Below, one piece after another: positions 42,275-55,446 of a stretch of 64,000 bases of DNA. The stretch is taken from the NCBI RefSeq assembly GCF_009914755.1, contig NC_060926.1; one strand, written 5' to 3'. The first letter of the stretch is position 1. Each line of letters starts with the position of its first letter. The notes beneath the pieces are model-generated. The model was given only the letters and a program-made list of their open reading frames with translations, had not been told where the DNA came from and did not search any database. The stretch comes from the human T2T-CHM13v2.0 reference genome, Homo sapiens. Both the position numbers and the translations under genes were made by a program.

Positions 42275-43079
42275 CTACTGGCATGTTTTGTTCCATTTGT
42301 TTTCAGGCTGTAGGTTGGCCTACAGACATTTTGGAGAGGTCTGCAAGCTTTCTTGGATCTAGCTTGAAGCTGGAGTAGGCATGCTAGCCTATGACATAGG
42401 GAAGAAGTAGAGAAAATAGAAGCAATAGTTTCTGCAGAATGCTCAGCTTAGAGTTGACAGGTATAGTATGTTACCACAGATGAACTCTGGATTAGCAATT
42501 TAAGAGGCCTAATTACATGTCTATAAGGGTGTAATATCAGAGAATAACCAAAATGAGCATGGAGGACTCCGAACAAGCATCTCAAAATTCAAGCCAATGG
42601 CCTTGGCTGGTAATCAGGTGATGAGCTAGATGGTGGATTTGCTGGCATAAGGTCATGAAAAAAAAAAAAGGGGGAGAGAGAGAGAGATGGTAGAAGTGGA
42701 AAACTGGCCATTAAGAGTGTCATCTTGGTGAAAATACCCAACACCATTAAAACAGTTTCTACTTTGGTTATTGGCAGATAAAGGTCAATTAGAAGGTTCA
42801 AATTAATTCAAATCCAGGGCTTGTATATTCATAATAGCACTGTAGGATTCTGTTTTGGAAAATGGCACAGGCATTGCAGTTGAGAGCTGTGGGCCCAGTT
42901 ACCCTGGAAGAATTGGATTTTCCTATGTTTTATTTATGAAAAGTGCCAGGAATCTATAAAAGAGTTGATAAATAATTGACGACTACTCAGATTCAAGCTT
43001 GGAGGGGAAATGCAGCTATTTATTGAGGGCCCTTGATATCCAGAGACTTGAAACCCTTTGATGTCAGAAAAGCACCAAA

Positions 43080-43522
43080 TGTTGTAAGGTCTCTTAGTTT
43101 GGGTTCCCTGAAGCAGACTGTGGGATGAAGATTCATGTGAGGGGACATGCTGAGGAAAGGATGCAGGGGGAAGCAGGACAAGGAGGAGTAGAAGCCAATA
43201 AAGGGTGAGGGACCAGCCTAAGTTCTGCAGCAGGTGGCCTCGTTAGATGCCACAGGGAGCCTCCATAGTGTAAGCTATTCCTTGGAGCTGTCCCAACCAG
43301 GGGGAAGGGAGAGAGACTCCCATGCTCCCTTCAATTATTCATTAAGGACTGCTCAAGAGGGAAGTACATTCCCAGGCACTTCTTGCTCTCCAAACACTGG
43401 GTAAAGTGGGTTCTAGGAACCCAAGGGAAGTCTGACAGAAAGAGCCACAGGTGCTAGTCGTTGGGTGTGAAAGCACACAGAAGCCAGGAAGGGCTCTGGT
43501 CAGAGCCCTGATGTTTGCCATC
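43080..43522. mobile_element. LTR16-like ERVL LTR
   Basis: tcttagtttgggttccctgaagcagactgtgggatgaagattcatgtga. Confidence 0.5.
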
Positions 43523-44349
43523 CAACCCTTACGCTGAGAATTGAATGAGACAGTTTTGATGGGAAATAAACTGCTCGCTGTTTTGACCTGAGAGAAACAG
43601 ATAAAAGAGTGAAGATGACAAAGTGGGACTCAGAATTAATCCACAGGAATTCCTTCCTGTGACATGAGAGTGACATGAGAGATTTGTTAAGGAAAGTAAA
43701 AATTCAGGTTGATCTAGCGAAGCAAGGAAGGAATAAAATTGCCTTCAAGCCTTCACAGAGATGAGGTGGCATGGGATGAAGTGACTACTTGAATCAAGGG
43801 TTCAGACAGTGAATGAGTTCACAGAAGGCACTCTGAGCTTTGGCATGTCTTGTGTCTAAGTTGAATGTGGCTTTGTGTCTGTCAGTAAATTTCCAAGTCT
43901 CAGTTCACATGCTTAAGGCACCCTTGAAGCATTTGTGTGGTGGTCTGACTAGCAGCCCCCCATTCTGATAGTAGCTAGGTGATGATGGCAAAGTCAGAAG
44001 AGGCAGTCCCTTGGACTGAGTCTGTCAGAGAGGGCCTGGTTGGGAGGATGGTACATCTAGCTCTCCAAGCACTGGGTAAAGTGGATTCTGCTAGTGCACT
44101 GGGTAGTGCTAATACACTTTCTGCTGAGCTCTGGAATGCTAGACAGGAGCCAGTGCAGACACCTAGTGATGTGCTCTGAACCAGCAGGGAAAGGTAAGGG
44201 TGGCTGAAGCTACTCCTTTTATTGTTCAAAATGTCAATGTAGGAGAGTAGGAAGAGTGCTAAATTAGGATGCAGGTAACCACTGAGTGCTAAAGACAGAA
44301 GCACCCACTAGGTGAGGATTTTAAACATTTAGTTAAAAACAACACCACT

Positions 44350-44705
<356 letters not shown>

Positions 44706-45259
44706 TTAAATGAGGCTCAATTGAGACCACGTGTAAGCCAATGCTCAGTGAAATTATAAAGCCCTATACAAAGGGGATGTAACATGTACTCTTTCTCATT
44801 TGACACCAAAAACTATTGCCAAATGTTCTGAATTCCTCCCTTCTTTTATTCTCATTATCATCCCTCCCATTTTTTCTTTTAGTTATCTTAATTTTTCTAA
44901 ATCTCTTTGCCTGCTTTGATAGGGCCATGACCCAGGTTGGATTCCAGTTCCATTTTTCTAAAAAGAGCTGAATAGTATGTTGGGTCTCTCATTCAGTAAA
45001 AACTAAAAAGTGGAAGAGAAAGGCAGGAAGAATAATTAGGATTAACTCCTAGGGTTAGATGTTCCGCCAGGGAGAAGAAAGAGGCAGAATCAGTCAGAGA
45101 GGTGGGAGGCAAGGCAGGGAACGTGGGGTTTGTTTTCTAAGGAACAAAGCCACTTATCAACAGGGTTTTAGGCAGGCTCACCTTTTCCTCCCTTCAAGTT
45201 TCATTCCCTGAAATGATTTTGAAATGGCTTGTTATTGAGACTGATAGGAAACAGCTGAT

Positions 45260-45264
<5 letters not shown>

Positions 45265-45320
<56 letters not shown>
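45265..45320. repeat. Compound (AC)n(AG)n microsatellite
   Basis: Read directly. Confidence 0.95.
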
Positions 45321-45322
<2 letters not shown>

Positions 45323-45711
45323 TTCTGATACCTTTTTACAGTACTTGCTTAGGAACTGAGATGTTATCAGTAGAGGCTACCATTTTCCCATTACTTTCTA
45401 AAAAAAATTTTATTTTTAATCAGGCAGCCCCAAACTAGAATAGGTTCAGAGACTCCCCATTTTCACATTACATTTTAAAGTAGATATTTTTGTTTTTAAA
45501 ACAATTAGATTTTTGAAGAGTATATTATATGCATCTTTTGGCTAACCAGCTAATTTACAGAATAATTAAAATACACAAGCAGAAATCATGCAAAAATACC
45601 TTCCTCCTTGTACTTAACAAAAAACTGAAACCAAAGTAAAACAAAACCTTGAAGGGTTATATTGGCTGTGATGGGCAGAGGGTCAGGAAGAGATGGAATA
45701 GTGTCCCTTAC

Positions 45712-45897
45712 CTGTCTATAGGTGGATGTGAAGGCTCCGAGGTAAGCAACCACTCCGGAGGAAATGAGGATATCCCCAGTCAAGTTGATGTACAGCTGAC
45801 CTAGCTCCAGAGCTGTGTGGCTCCATCGAGTTTTCTCACCTCCAAGGCCTCCAATCAACTGTTCAGCTCGTTCTAGTTTTTTGCTGCAAAGGTCAAC
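45712..45897 (-). CDS. DNAH7: Dynein heavy chain exon (186 nt): VDLCSKKLERAEQLIGGLGGEKTRW...AYLGAFTSTYRQ
   Basis: Acceptor tttcgag|GTT (rare GAG) and donor CAG|gtaagg; phase 0-0. Confidence 0.93.
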
Positions 45898-47337
45898 CTC
45901 GAAAATAAAAGTGAGCTTTTATCAACATTTACAAGTATAAGAAGTTTAAAATTCTGCAAGATTTTACCCTCAGAAGTGAATTATTATTTTTAATGACAGA
46001 CTTCTGCCTGGGATTTCCTATATCACTATGATATAGGAAAGTCCATGATATTTTAGAATTTGTAAATATAAAGTGTCTAATATAATTCATGAAATTAATA
46101 ATGAATGAATATTTACCATATAATACAAAGAACAGCTGTATTTAGGAAATGACATACAGTACAAGACACTGAAAGTTAATTAATAAAGGACATTCTTCTG
46201 CAAATATAGATATTTTCCCCCCATTTTAAATAATCTAGATGCATTTTGTTTTAAATATTCTACAAACATTTTCCCCTCATTTAACTTATATCATGGCCTT
46301 AAAGGTTAAGTGTTTAAAGGTTTTAATAATTTATGATTATTTACAAAGCACAATTTTCAGGTTGTTAAATTGTGTCAAACTACTCAGGCACTTGCAATTC
46401 AGCTTAAATTAGGACACCAATCAATAGCTGAGAGCCTATTTGGTGCATAAGACTGTCAACCAAATGTGATTATATGTAATTAAGCAATATGATAACAAAA
46501 GAGAGATAATTACAAAGGTGGCAAACTTGGTGAAAAGTTATTTCAGTTCACACAATAGCAATATTCCAGCAGAATATGTGAATTATTTTGATTAAATTTT
46601 TAAGTACCTTAACATCATTATTCTTGGAAGAAGATGAGATTAAATAAAGCTTATCTTGATGTTCAAAAATAATTACATGAAAAGATAAATTCAACAATCA
46701 ACAAAAACGAAGACATTTAGGTTATTTTGGAATAGGAATTTGGCTTGTGCTTTTTACTAATGTTATTAGCATGTATATCAAGTCAATGATTTTAGATTAA
46801 AAGATGTATAATTCTGTATCAATTTATCTAAAGATAGATTTGAAAAAAGCAAATGGTATGTAATTGCAGTATTTGTGATACTTCCTAAATTTAATTTTTT
46901 TCCCTTTTAATGTTCCCTCTTTAAATATCTTTTGTCTTTCTAGTTTCTTTCCTCACCTATTCTTCTTTCAACAATGTTTATGATAAACTGAATCAGGTCT
47001 TGGACTATGGCAAAGTTGCCATCAGAAACTACTAAGTAAAAATATTTTGGCTAAAATTTTACCTCCAAAAGCACATTTGTAATACACATATATGCATATG
47101 TTCATTTTATATTACCATAATTTTCTAATATTTTATCATAAAAAATAAAATTTTCAAACATATAGGAGAGTTGAAAAATGTTTAAAGAGAGCAACTGCAT
47201 AACCATTTGTTGGTTATATTATTTAAACTAAAACTGATCATTCAAAAATCATGCCATAATATGTTACACTTCTAAAGATTAGCACAATGTCTTACATTTG
47301 TGCAAATACAGAATACAGGATAGTTACTATAGAAAGA

Positions 47338-47590
47338 GGCAGTCTGGTGTCCTGGAAAGAGTACAGCTATTGGAATCAGGCTGCCTGGGTTCAGGTCTCA
47401 GACTTGATGCTCAGAAACTGGGTTGACGATGGACAAGTTGCTTGATCTTTCTGTTCTTTAGTTTCTTCAAAATGGTACAAAATCATTACTTCCCTCAAAA
47501 GGTTATTGTGAGAATAAATAGTATAATATGTAATGTTCTTAGAACAACCGGCCTTTGTACATAATAAGCATTCAATAAATGTTGACTGTT
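47338..47590 (+). mobile_element. MIR
   Basis: ggaatcaggctgcctgggttca...ggacaagttgcttgatctttctg...ggttattgtgagaataaa. Confidence 0.75.
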
Positions 47591-47852
47591 ATAAAATATT
47601 ATGAATTTCTTCTGGCCCATAATCAGACTTTAGCAGTTAATTTTTCCAAATGGTATCACTAATTAAGTTAGAGTAGTATTTTTAGTCTTGAAAATATTTT
47701 TAGTAGATACTGTGTGGTTCTGAGTATTGAGTTCTAATTTCAGCTCTGCCATACAACCTACGTCACTTAACATTTTGGTTCTCAATTTCCTTACTTGCAA
47801 AGTGAAAAATGATTAAATAATCTAGCTCAATATTATATTCTAGTAATCTAAG

Positions 47853-48077
47853 GCAGACAGACTGACATTTTTTTTTTTTGGAAAGGCCCAGAGAATAAAT
47901 ATTTTAGTCTTTGTGAGCCAAGCAGCAAAACTGAGGATATTTACATATTTCATGGGTATTTATATGGCCATTAATATGTAATTATTTTAAAATGTCAAAA
48001 CCATTATTAGCTCTTGGGCCACACGAAAACAGGCGATGGGCAGATGTGGCCTGCGGGTCATAGTTTGCCAATCCCTG
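47853..48077. mobile_element. MER58-type hAT MITE
   Basis: Ends gtggcctgcgggtcatagtttgccaatccctg. Confidence 0.75.
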
Positions 48078-48179
48078 ACCAGGAAGGAAACAGGACTGGT
48101 GTGTTATGTGCTAGTACGAACATCATTCTTAGTTACGATAACTGAGAATTTGTCCATCTTTTTCTATATCAGCACACAC

Positions 48180-48360
48180 CTGGTTTTCCAGGTCAGCCTT
48201 CTTTTGTTTATTTAATTCAAGTGTGTCTTGAAGCCTGGCCAGCTTGTCCTGAACTTCCTTAAGGGCTGCCTGCTTCTTTCTAAGACCATCCATGGCAATT
48301 TTAAGCTCCCCTTCAGCTGCAGCCAGTTTTATCTTTTTGGGAGCTACTACTTTTGCCACT
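48180..48360 (-). CDS. DNAH7: Dynein heavy chain exon (181 nt): stalk CC2 (VAKVVAPKK...DLENQ)
   Basis: Acceptor ttgcag|A and donor CAG|gtgtgt; phase 2-0. Confidence 0.95.
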
Positions 48361-49083
48361 CTGCAAAAAGTAAAATTGAAAAATTAAATATTCATTTAAT
48401 ATTCCAGTACACTTTCTATCACTGAATTTACTTTTCTAATACCCTTACTATAACTGAAAACACTTCTTTATGCAAAAATCTAAACCGATTTCCATATTTC
48501 CTGTTTCATCTAACAATCATCCAAACTTGATCCTGGACACAAGAAATGGCCTTTTATTAAAATAGACATCAAATATACAAAAAACATTTTGCCAGTATGA
48601 ATTTTGATAACTTTCCAAAAGGAGAGTAGGATAGTCATGTAGAATATTACAATGTTATTAGAAGCTTAATTGGTTAAAGGTGAGTTTTCATGAGAAAGTG
48701 AGGTATCTTTTATCTTTGTCATTTTACCTAAAAAAATCCTAGAATACATCAACCAAAAACAGTTATCCTATAAATACGTATGTGGTAATAAAAGGAATTA
48801 TATAGGAAAAAGGATGGATCTAAATTCTCTCCCTAGTATCTGGAAAATGGAGTCAGTCATGTTATCTAACAAACATTAAATTAATCATTAACTAATATCA
48901 TGGTCTGAAACATATATAGCACTACTATATATATAGAATGATTAAAATTGGATATGAGTTTGAAAAACATCCTATGACAGTTGTTTTTTGAAAAAATAAT
49001 AATTAACCTGTTTTGCGTATGATATAACTAGTTCTCATATAATCACCAAAAAAGGCTCCTTATTTCACAAGAATACATTATGC

Positions 49084-49569
49084 CAGTGGTTTTTAAAGTG
49101 TGGTCCAAGGACCCCTGGGGATCCTGACGACACTTGCCCCTTTGGGGAGCTCACGAGGTCTTCCCTCGTCCAACTAAACCTCTGTGTGATGGTGGATTTT
49201 TTTTTAATATACTTTAATTAAAACAACATATTGCAACAGAATGAATGAAGAAGCAGATTTTGGTGTCTGGCTATCTCACATTAAACCACACATTAAAGAG
49301 ATTTGTAAAAGTATAATAAAATACCACTCTTCTCATCAGTATTTTTTTCTATTTTTAAAAGAAAAACATGTAAATTTATAAAAAATAAAAATAAATCACT
49401 TGTATTAACATGTAACATTTTTATTGCTTTTTAAGATGAATTAATAAACATTTTTAAAATTTTTCCATTTTAATTTCTAATATGGTAAATAAACAAAATT
49501 TTATTGGGGTCTTCAATACTTTTTAAGAGTATAAACAGTTCCTGAGTCCAAAAAGTTTAAGAACCACTG
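49084..49569 (+). mobile_element. Charlie1b-like hAT DNA transposon
   Basis: Terminal inverted repeats cagtggtttttaaa / tttaagaaccactg; 8-bp TSD cattatgc/tattatac (6/8). Confidence 0.75.
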
Positions 49570-49745
49570 TATTATACTATTAGTTGGCATAATCTTGCCT
49601 CCAGTAAATATGCAAACACAAAGCAAATTCAGACAGGATTTTCCAAGGAGCCTCTCACTTACATAACTTTTAAATTGTATATTTTCTAACTGACCAGAAG
49701 TGAAGACAGACCATACCAGCTGGATTTCTTTTTATCAGCACTTAC

Positions 49746-50092
49746 TTATCATATGAATCCATTGCTATGACCCATTTGCACAGACCTTCGGCCGCTGTAG
49801 AAGCATTTCTGATTTTTTCTGGTACAAAATCTGGATTTGGAATATAATTTTTTCTTATGATATTCATATAAGCTGGAGGAATATTGTCCTTGTCATATTC
49901 ATGAAGTGACTGCAGAAACCTCATGTCACCAAGAAGTCTCTTAGCTGGGCCCCAGAAATCCTCAATTTTTTTCCCTGAACCTGTTGGGTCAGGGATTTTG
50001 TCAGCTTTGATTCCTTTCAAGATGCATATAGCTTCCATAACAAGCTTGACACCAGCAGGAGGACTCTTCATGGATTTTACCACTGTAATATC
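49746..50092 (-). CDS. DNAH7: Dynein heavy chain exon (347 nt): microtubule-binding domain (DITVVKSMKSPPAGV...AAEGLCKWVIAM)
   Basis: Acceptor tttcaag|GAT and donor AA|gtaagt; phase 0-2. Confidence 0.95.
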
Positions 50093-50842
50093 CTTGAAAT
50101 AACAACGTTAATTATTTTAAAAGACATGTTTGTTTATACAGTAATTGTAAGTGGTTCCTATTTTCAAACTAAGCATACAGAAACTCACTGTGTTCACTGG
50201 GTAGAAATGGTGACAGTAATAGAACTGCACTTACACTTTTCTCCTCAGTCCCACCCAAAAGTTTAGCCAAAATTCTCTGCACTATTTATTTTAAAAATCT
50301 ATCTTCATCTTTCTAAATTAAAATATTCCCCTTTCACATCTTAACTTTTAATACACCTCATGAAATCTAAGACATTGCTATTGTAAAATAAATTATTATA
50401 AAACACATTATTATTTTATGTATCCCCCCAAAAAAAATCACTGGCAAAATTAATACTTTATCACATGCTCTATAAGATGTATTCCAATGACAAGTGTGTC
50501 TAAATATGAAAAAGGTACCCCTTAGAATCAAAATATAATCTCAAAGCTTATGTCTTTGTTGATTACTGCAGTGCAAAGATGTATGAAGTTCTTGAAATAA
50601 CTGTTGCTTTATGGTAGGCTATAACATCTGGCCGCTTTCTTCCATTTCAAAGGTGTTTTTGCATGCACATGCATTTCTTTTGCAAGTCAATTAGGGAATT
50701 CTTTTGCCAATTTCAAAATGATTTCAGCTTCATTAAAATTTCAGGCTAATTCGGAGAGACAAACTAGACTAGAACACAATGCTAATTTCTTTCTTGGGCT
50801 ATGATGACATGTGTCCTAGAAAGTGTATGGCGAAGCTCTTAC

Positions 50843-51173
50843 CTGTGCAGTAAGAGTATCAAGGGCGGCCAGTGCTGACTCTAATATTGGCAAGGCACCT
50901 GCCAGGTCAGCATCGCACTCATCTTTGATGGCTTTGGAAGCCATAGCTTGTTCATTCGCTATTGTTTCATCAGCTTTCACTATTTTTTCAGTTTTGGCAA
51001 CTTCTACAGACTCTTTCTCAATCATTATCATCATTTCATCAACCTCTTTGCTAGCAACTTTTAATTGAGGATGTAGTGCCTCCAACTCCATCTGCATTGT
51101 GGCTACTTGAGATGAAGCAGAATCCAGTTTCTCCAAACCCACTTCATATCTCTTTTTCATTTTCATTACTTCA
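50843..51173 (-). CDS. DNAH7: Dynein heavy chain exon (331 nt): stalk coiled coil CC1 (RYEVGLEKL...ALDTLTAQ)
   Basis: Acceptor ttccag|TGA and donor CAG|gtaaga; phase 2-0. Confidence 0.95.
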
Positions 51174-54085
51174 CTGGAAGGAAATAGATAAAACAAAGTT
51201 AATCATGAGGCTCTGTATCCTACATGAAGGAAAAACTTAAGTGTTTCTGAGCTTTCTAGGCTTTTTCAAGACATAACTACGGAGTGGTCTAAAAGATTTT
51301 CATATAAATGACAATCTGTCAAAACATGAAACCTAGAATGTCGGATTTGTGCACAATTAAGAGCAGACAGCGTGTTTTATTCATTTTTGTGTTTTCAGTA
51401 CCTATATGTTATCAACGCATACAACAGAAATTCAAAAGAATAAATACACTGGCGATGAGGCAAGGAGTCTCCTGTATCAAAATGAATGATGTACCTCTAA
51501 AGTTGGTAAGTTGATCCCAGCAACACTACTGCTGCTTTAAACCTTTTTATGATCACTTATTTTAAACGCACTTCAGTGCTCAAAATATATTATTTTGAAT
51601 GTTTCCAAATGTGAAAAAATGATTTTAACATGTATTATACATCTTGAAACAAGAGATTTGTTTTATTAAAGAAAAAGTAACAAATAGAGCAGATCATAAA
51701 GCTCAATACCCTGTTTGGTGCAAAATGATTATAAAGTAATAACAAATGATTAGAAATAATGTAATATTTTAGCATATTTTAAAAGTTTAATATTTTAATG
51801 TAGTCAAAAATTTAATCTGCATTTATCTGCAAATATATATATATGTCTCTATAGAGAAAACTCTTCTTTATAATTTCATTTTAAAATACTTGATATACCA
51901 TAATGTCTCCAAGTAAAAAAATGACATGTTTTTAAAATCCCCTTCAAAAAACAGACTGGAGTAGTAAGGAACTGGCTTGAGCTGGAAAAGGTAACCTGGA
52001 GAACACTGAAAGGATTATAATTTTTGTTTTAAAAAAATTCATAAGTGAGAGCATGCTACATTTTTGTCACATGTCAAATTCCCTGAGTGTGCAAAATATT
52101 AGAAAGTAATGGGAACAGAGGGGACCGAATGTATGGCCTGTATTATCTGTGAGTTTGGTTTCAGCTGAAACCTTGTGCAACAAGCATAGGAAAGGTCTCA
52201 TTCCTGCCAGCCTGAGACAGTTTCAATATGGTGGCTAATCCCAAGTGACGCTTTGCTAGCTTAACCATAGATTTCCTTCCAAGTAACCTGAAAACTTGCT
52301 TCTAGGTTACAGCACTACCTGGCTGTCGTGATCTGAAGGCTTTAGCTATTATGGGAAGAATAATCACAGGATAGGAATTCTAGTTGAGGTAAAGGATAAT
52401 TTAATATCTTTTTTTTTCATTTGCAAGGAATTTTGAAAAGAAAAAATTTGAAAAAGGAAAATTTGAAGGGCAAATAAGAATATTTGAAAATACCTTAAAA
52501 ACTATGACTTTCAACCTGTAAGTTTGAACTTATAACTTTGTAACTTTAAAACTTATAACCAATAAGTTTAAACTCTTCCTATAAGTTTGCCTCTCATTTT
52601 TATAATCCTTTTTTTTGTTAGGGTGGCCTTACTATTGTGAGTGCAGAGTCAAACAAAAGCCATGAGTGATATCCAAAATTTAATCAATCTCCAAGAGCTT
52701 TTGATCCTCCTGGATAAGAAAATATGAAAAAAAGCAAGTTTCCATTATGTTAAAGATCATAAGCTCGACACAGAAAGACAATTATCTTGAGAGCCAAAGA
52801 AATAATAAATTCCAGCCAAGCTATGCAGCAGTCACGGTGGGCACTGCCGATTTCACTAGGTAGTTGAAAAATTCCTAAAGGTATGATTCAAACACAGGGT
52901 TGTAGACCACAGTGACTATGACAGTCCTGTTGGGAGGGCACAGCAATAGTTACTATGAATACAGATGAGGAGTGTCATATCCATATCCAGGTAGCATGCT
53001 GCCCAATATGAGAAAAGGTCCTTCAAAATGCTTGAGATAGTGGGTTAGCCATAGGAAGATTTAGAATTAACCATAGAAATATATATAAAAATCAAACTCA
53101 TAGTATTAATATTTTTATATTATCTGTGCACATTTGTTGTTTTATGTATTCTTTTTAATCTTTAAAAGAATTTGGTCTGTTCAATTCGTGGATCAGGCTT
53201 GAGCTTTCAATATAAATCATGTGTCTGAGCAGTAAATTTACATTTGTGCTTTTAAGTAAAAATCATATTAATTTATAGATAATATTCAAACGTTTAAAAG
53301 TACTTAAGGCTTACCATATGTATACGTTTAAAATACTAGACTTATAAATTATTTAAGTATCTAGTAATGTTTGATTTGTTAAATCAGAACTTAAAAGGGA
53401 AATATAAATAATGTATTAAAAATTTTATTTAAACAAGCTTTTGAATGGAGCCACACATTAATCCAAGGTCCCCTTTAAAGGTAACCACTAAAATGTTCCA
53501 AACTTCCTACTTTCTACCTTAATGTTATAATGTTTTTAAATTTTGTAATATACATACTGAATTTTAATTTTTGGAACCAAAGAAATATTTGAATAAACTT
53601 CTGTGCACACACAAGTCACCCTCCAGAACATTAAAAAAACTCACATTGACACTTTCTATAGCAGGTAAGTTTACTCATGTTTATATTGATGTTTTCAAAT
53701 GACAGTTTATTAGAGAGTGGCTGTCCCTCCCTAGAGTCTCAGCTGTTCAGTATTCAAAGAGAGGGTTTAACTATTACCCAATTATTTATCAGAGAAAAAT
53801 CACTCTCTACTAGTGTTTACTCAATATTCACAGCTCTGGTTGGAATATCTTCATTCTTCCAAGAGTTATTATGCATCTATGATGTGCTAGGCAATGTGCC
53901 CATATGAGAAGGATAAGACCCCTCCCTAAATTCAAAATGTCTGTGGATTAAATAATTTAAAGATGTAACAAAACTTACAGTATATTTCTACGAAATAAAT
54001 CTCCATTATATATTATGTCGTTTTTGCACACACAAGTATTTTTAATTGCCATAGCTTACTTAGAAATATGAAATTTGATTTTTAC

Positions 54086-54315
54086 CTTCTTTTCTTTTCT
54101 AACAACAGTTTGAAGGTGGAGATTAATTCGAGGTAAGAGGTAGGAGTCACATAATTGTATCTTTGAAGTTCAACAAAGAAAGATTTGGATAAATCTATAG
54201 TAGAAGTGTGGAAGCTTTTACACATGTCGATACAGCCATCTCGTATTTCCTCTGACATTTCAATTTCTTCCAAGAATCGTGAGGCAACTGCCTGGAGTGC
54301 ATCTTCAGGCCATGA
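54086..54315 (-). CDS. DNAH7: Dynein heavy chain exon (230 nt): SWPEDALQAVA...YVTPTSYLELI...LEKKR
   Basis: Acceptor atttag|TCA and donor AG|gtaaaa; phase 0-2. Confidence 0.95.
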
Positions 54316-55064
54316 CTAAATGTAAGATAAATGCTTTAGCATTTTATTAAGATTACGAATCTGGATCTGCTACTACTGCAGCCCTTTACAACTTATGGAT
54401 GTTGGGGGTGAAGGGGAATAGTGTGAGGGATGGTGTGGGAGAGACAATTTCATAAGAAACTTTCCCGAGGACTTGCATACTTAGGGGAGGGAGCCAGGAG
54501 CTAGTTAGTGCATATAACATTCACTGTGTGTGGTTTGTTCTGAGATTAGAGAAATTGTTCATGAGTGTTGCAGGAGAAAGGAAAGGCAAATGAACTAAAT
54601 TTATGGAATGTCTATTTCTGTATGCATTTTACTGGTATTATCTCATTTAATTCTCCTAACATTTCCCTGAGAATGATGTAGGCATTATTCCTGAAATAGC
54701 TTCCAAATCCTCTCTTCTTTCTTTGTCTACCTCAATCATCCCAATTCAAGCCTCCACTATCATCTGCCTGGAAGATTCCAGTAGCATCCAAACTGCTTGC
54801 ATTCTCTACATAGCTGCAAGAGTGAGCTTTTCAAAATATAAATCAGCTCATGTCACACTCCCCAATTTATAACCAAAGACTTCCTAGAATTCTTAAAATC
54901 CGAACCAACTTGCCAATCTCTAACTGATTTGACCCTTCCCACATTTCTGAACTGTTATACCACTTCCCCCCACAGTTCCTGTGCTCCTGTCACCCTGATT
55001 TTCTGTCACCCTCTCCTTCCTTCTGTCTAGACACTTGACTTCACTAGTTTATCCTCTCTGCTCA

Positions 55065-55446
<382 letters not shown>

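Larger units (their letters stand above)
41830..44320 (-). mobile_element. Highly degraded Ty3/Gypsy pol (RT-RNaseH-integrase) fossil
   Basis: Ordered motif remnants found by manual translation; see findings. Confidence 0.5.

Noticed and set aside
43975-44304. Overlapping 109-aa and 66-aa ORFs as a possible domesticated retroelement gene
   Set aside because: Catalytic motifs are broken, surrounding frames contain stops, and no start context or splice structure is evident
50823-51068. Plus-strand ORFs overlapping dynein exons (also 48228-48425)
   Set aside because: Antisense shadows of real coding exons
52157-52172. Perfect 16-bp palindrome ggtttcagctgaaacc containing an E-box
   Set aside because: About one such palindrome is expected by chance in 64 kb (64000/4^8)
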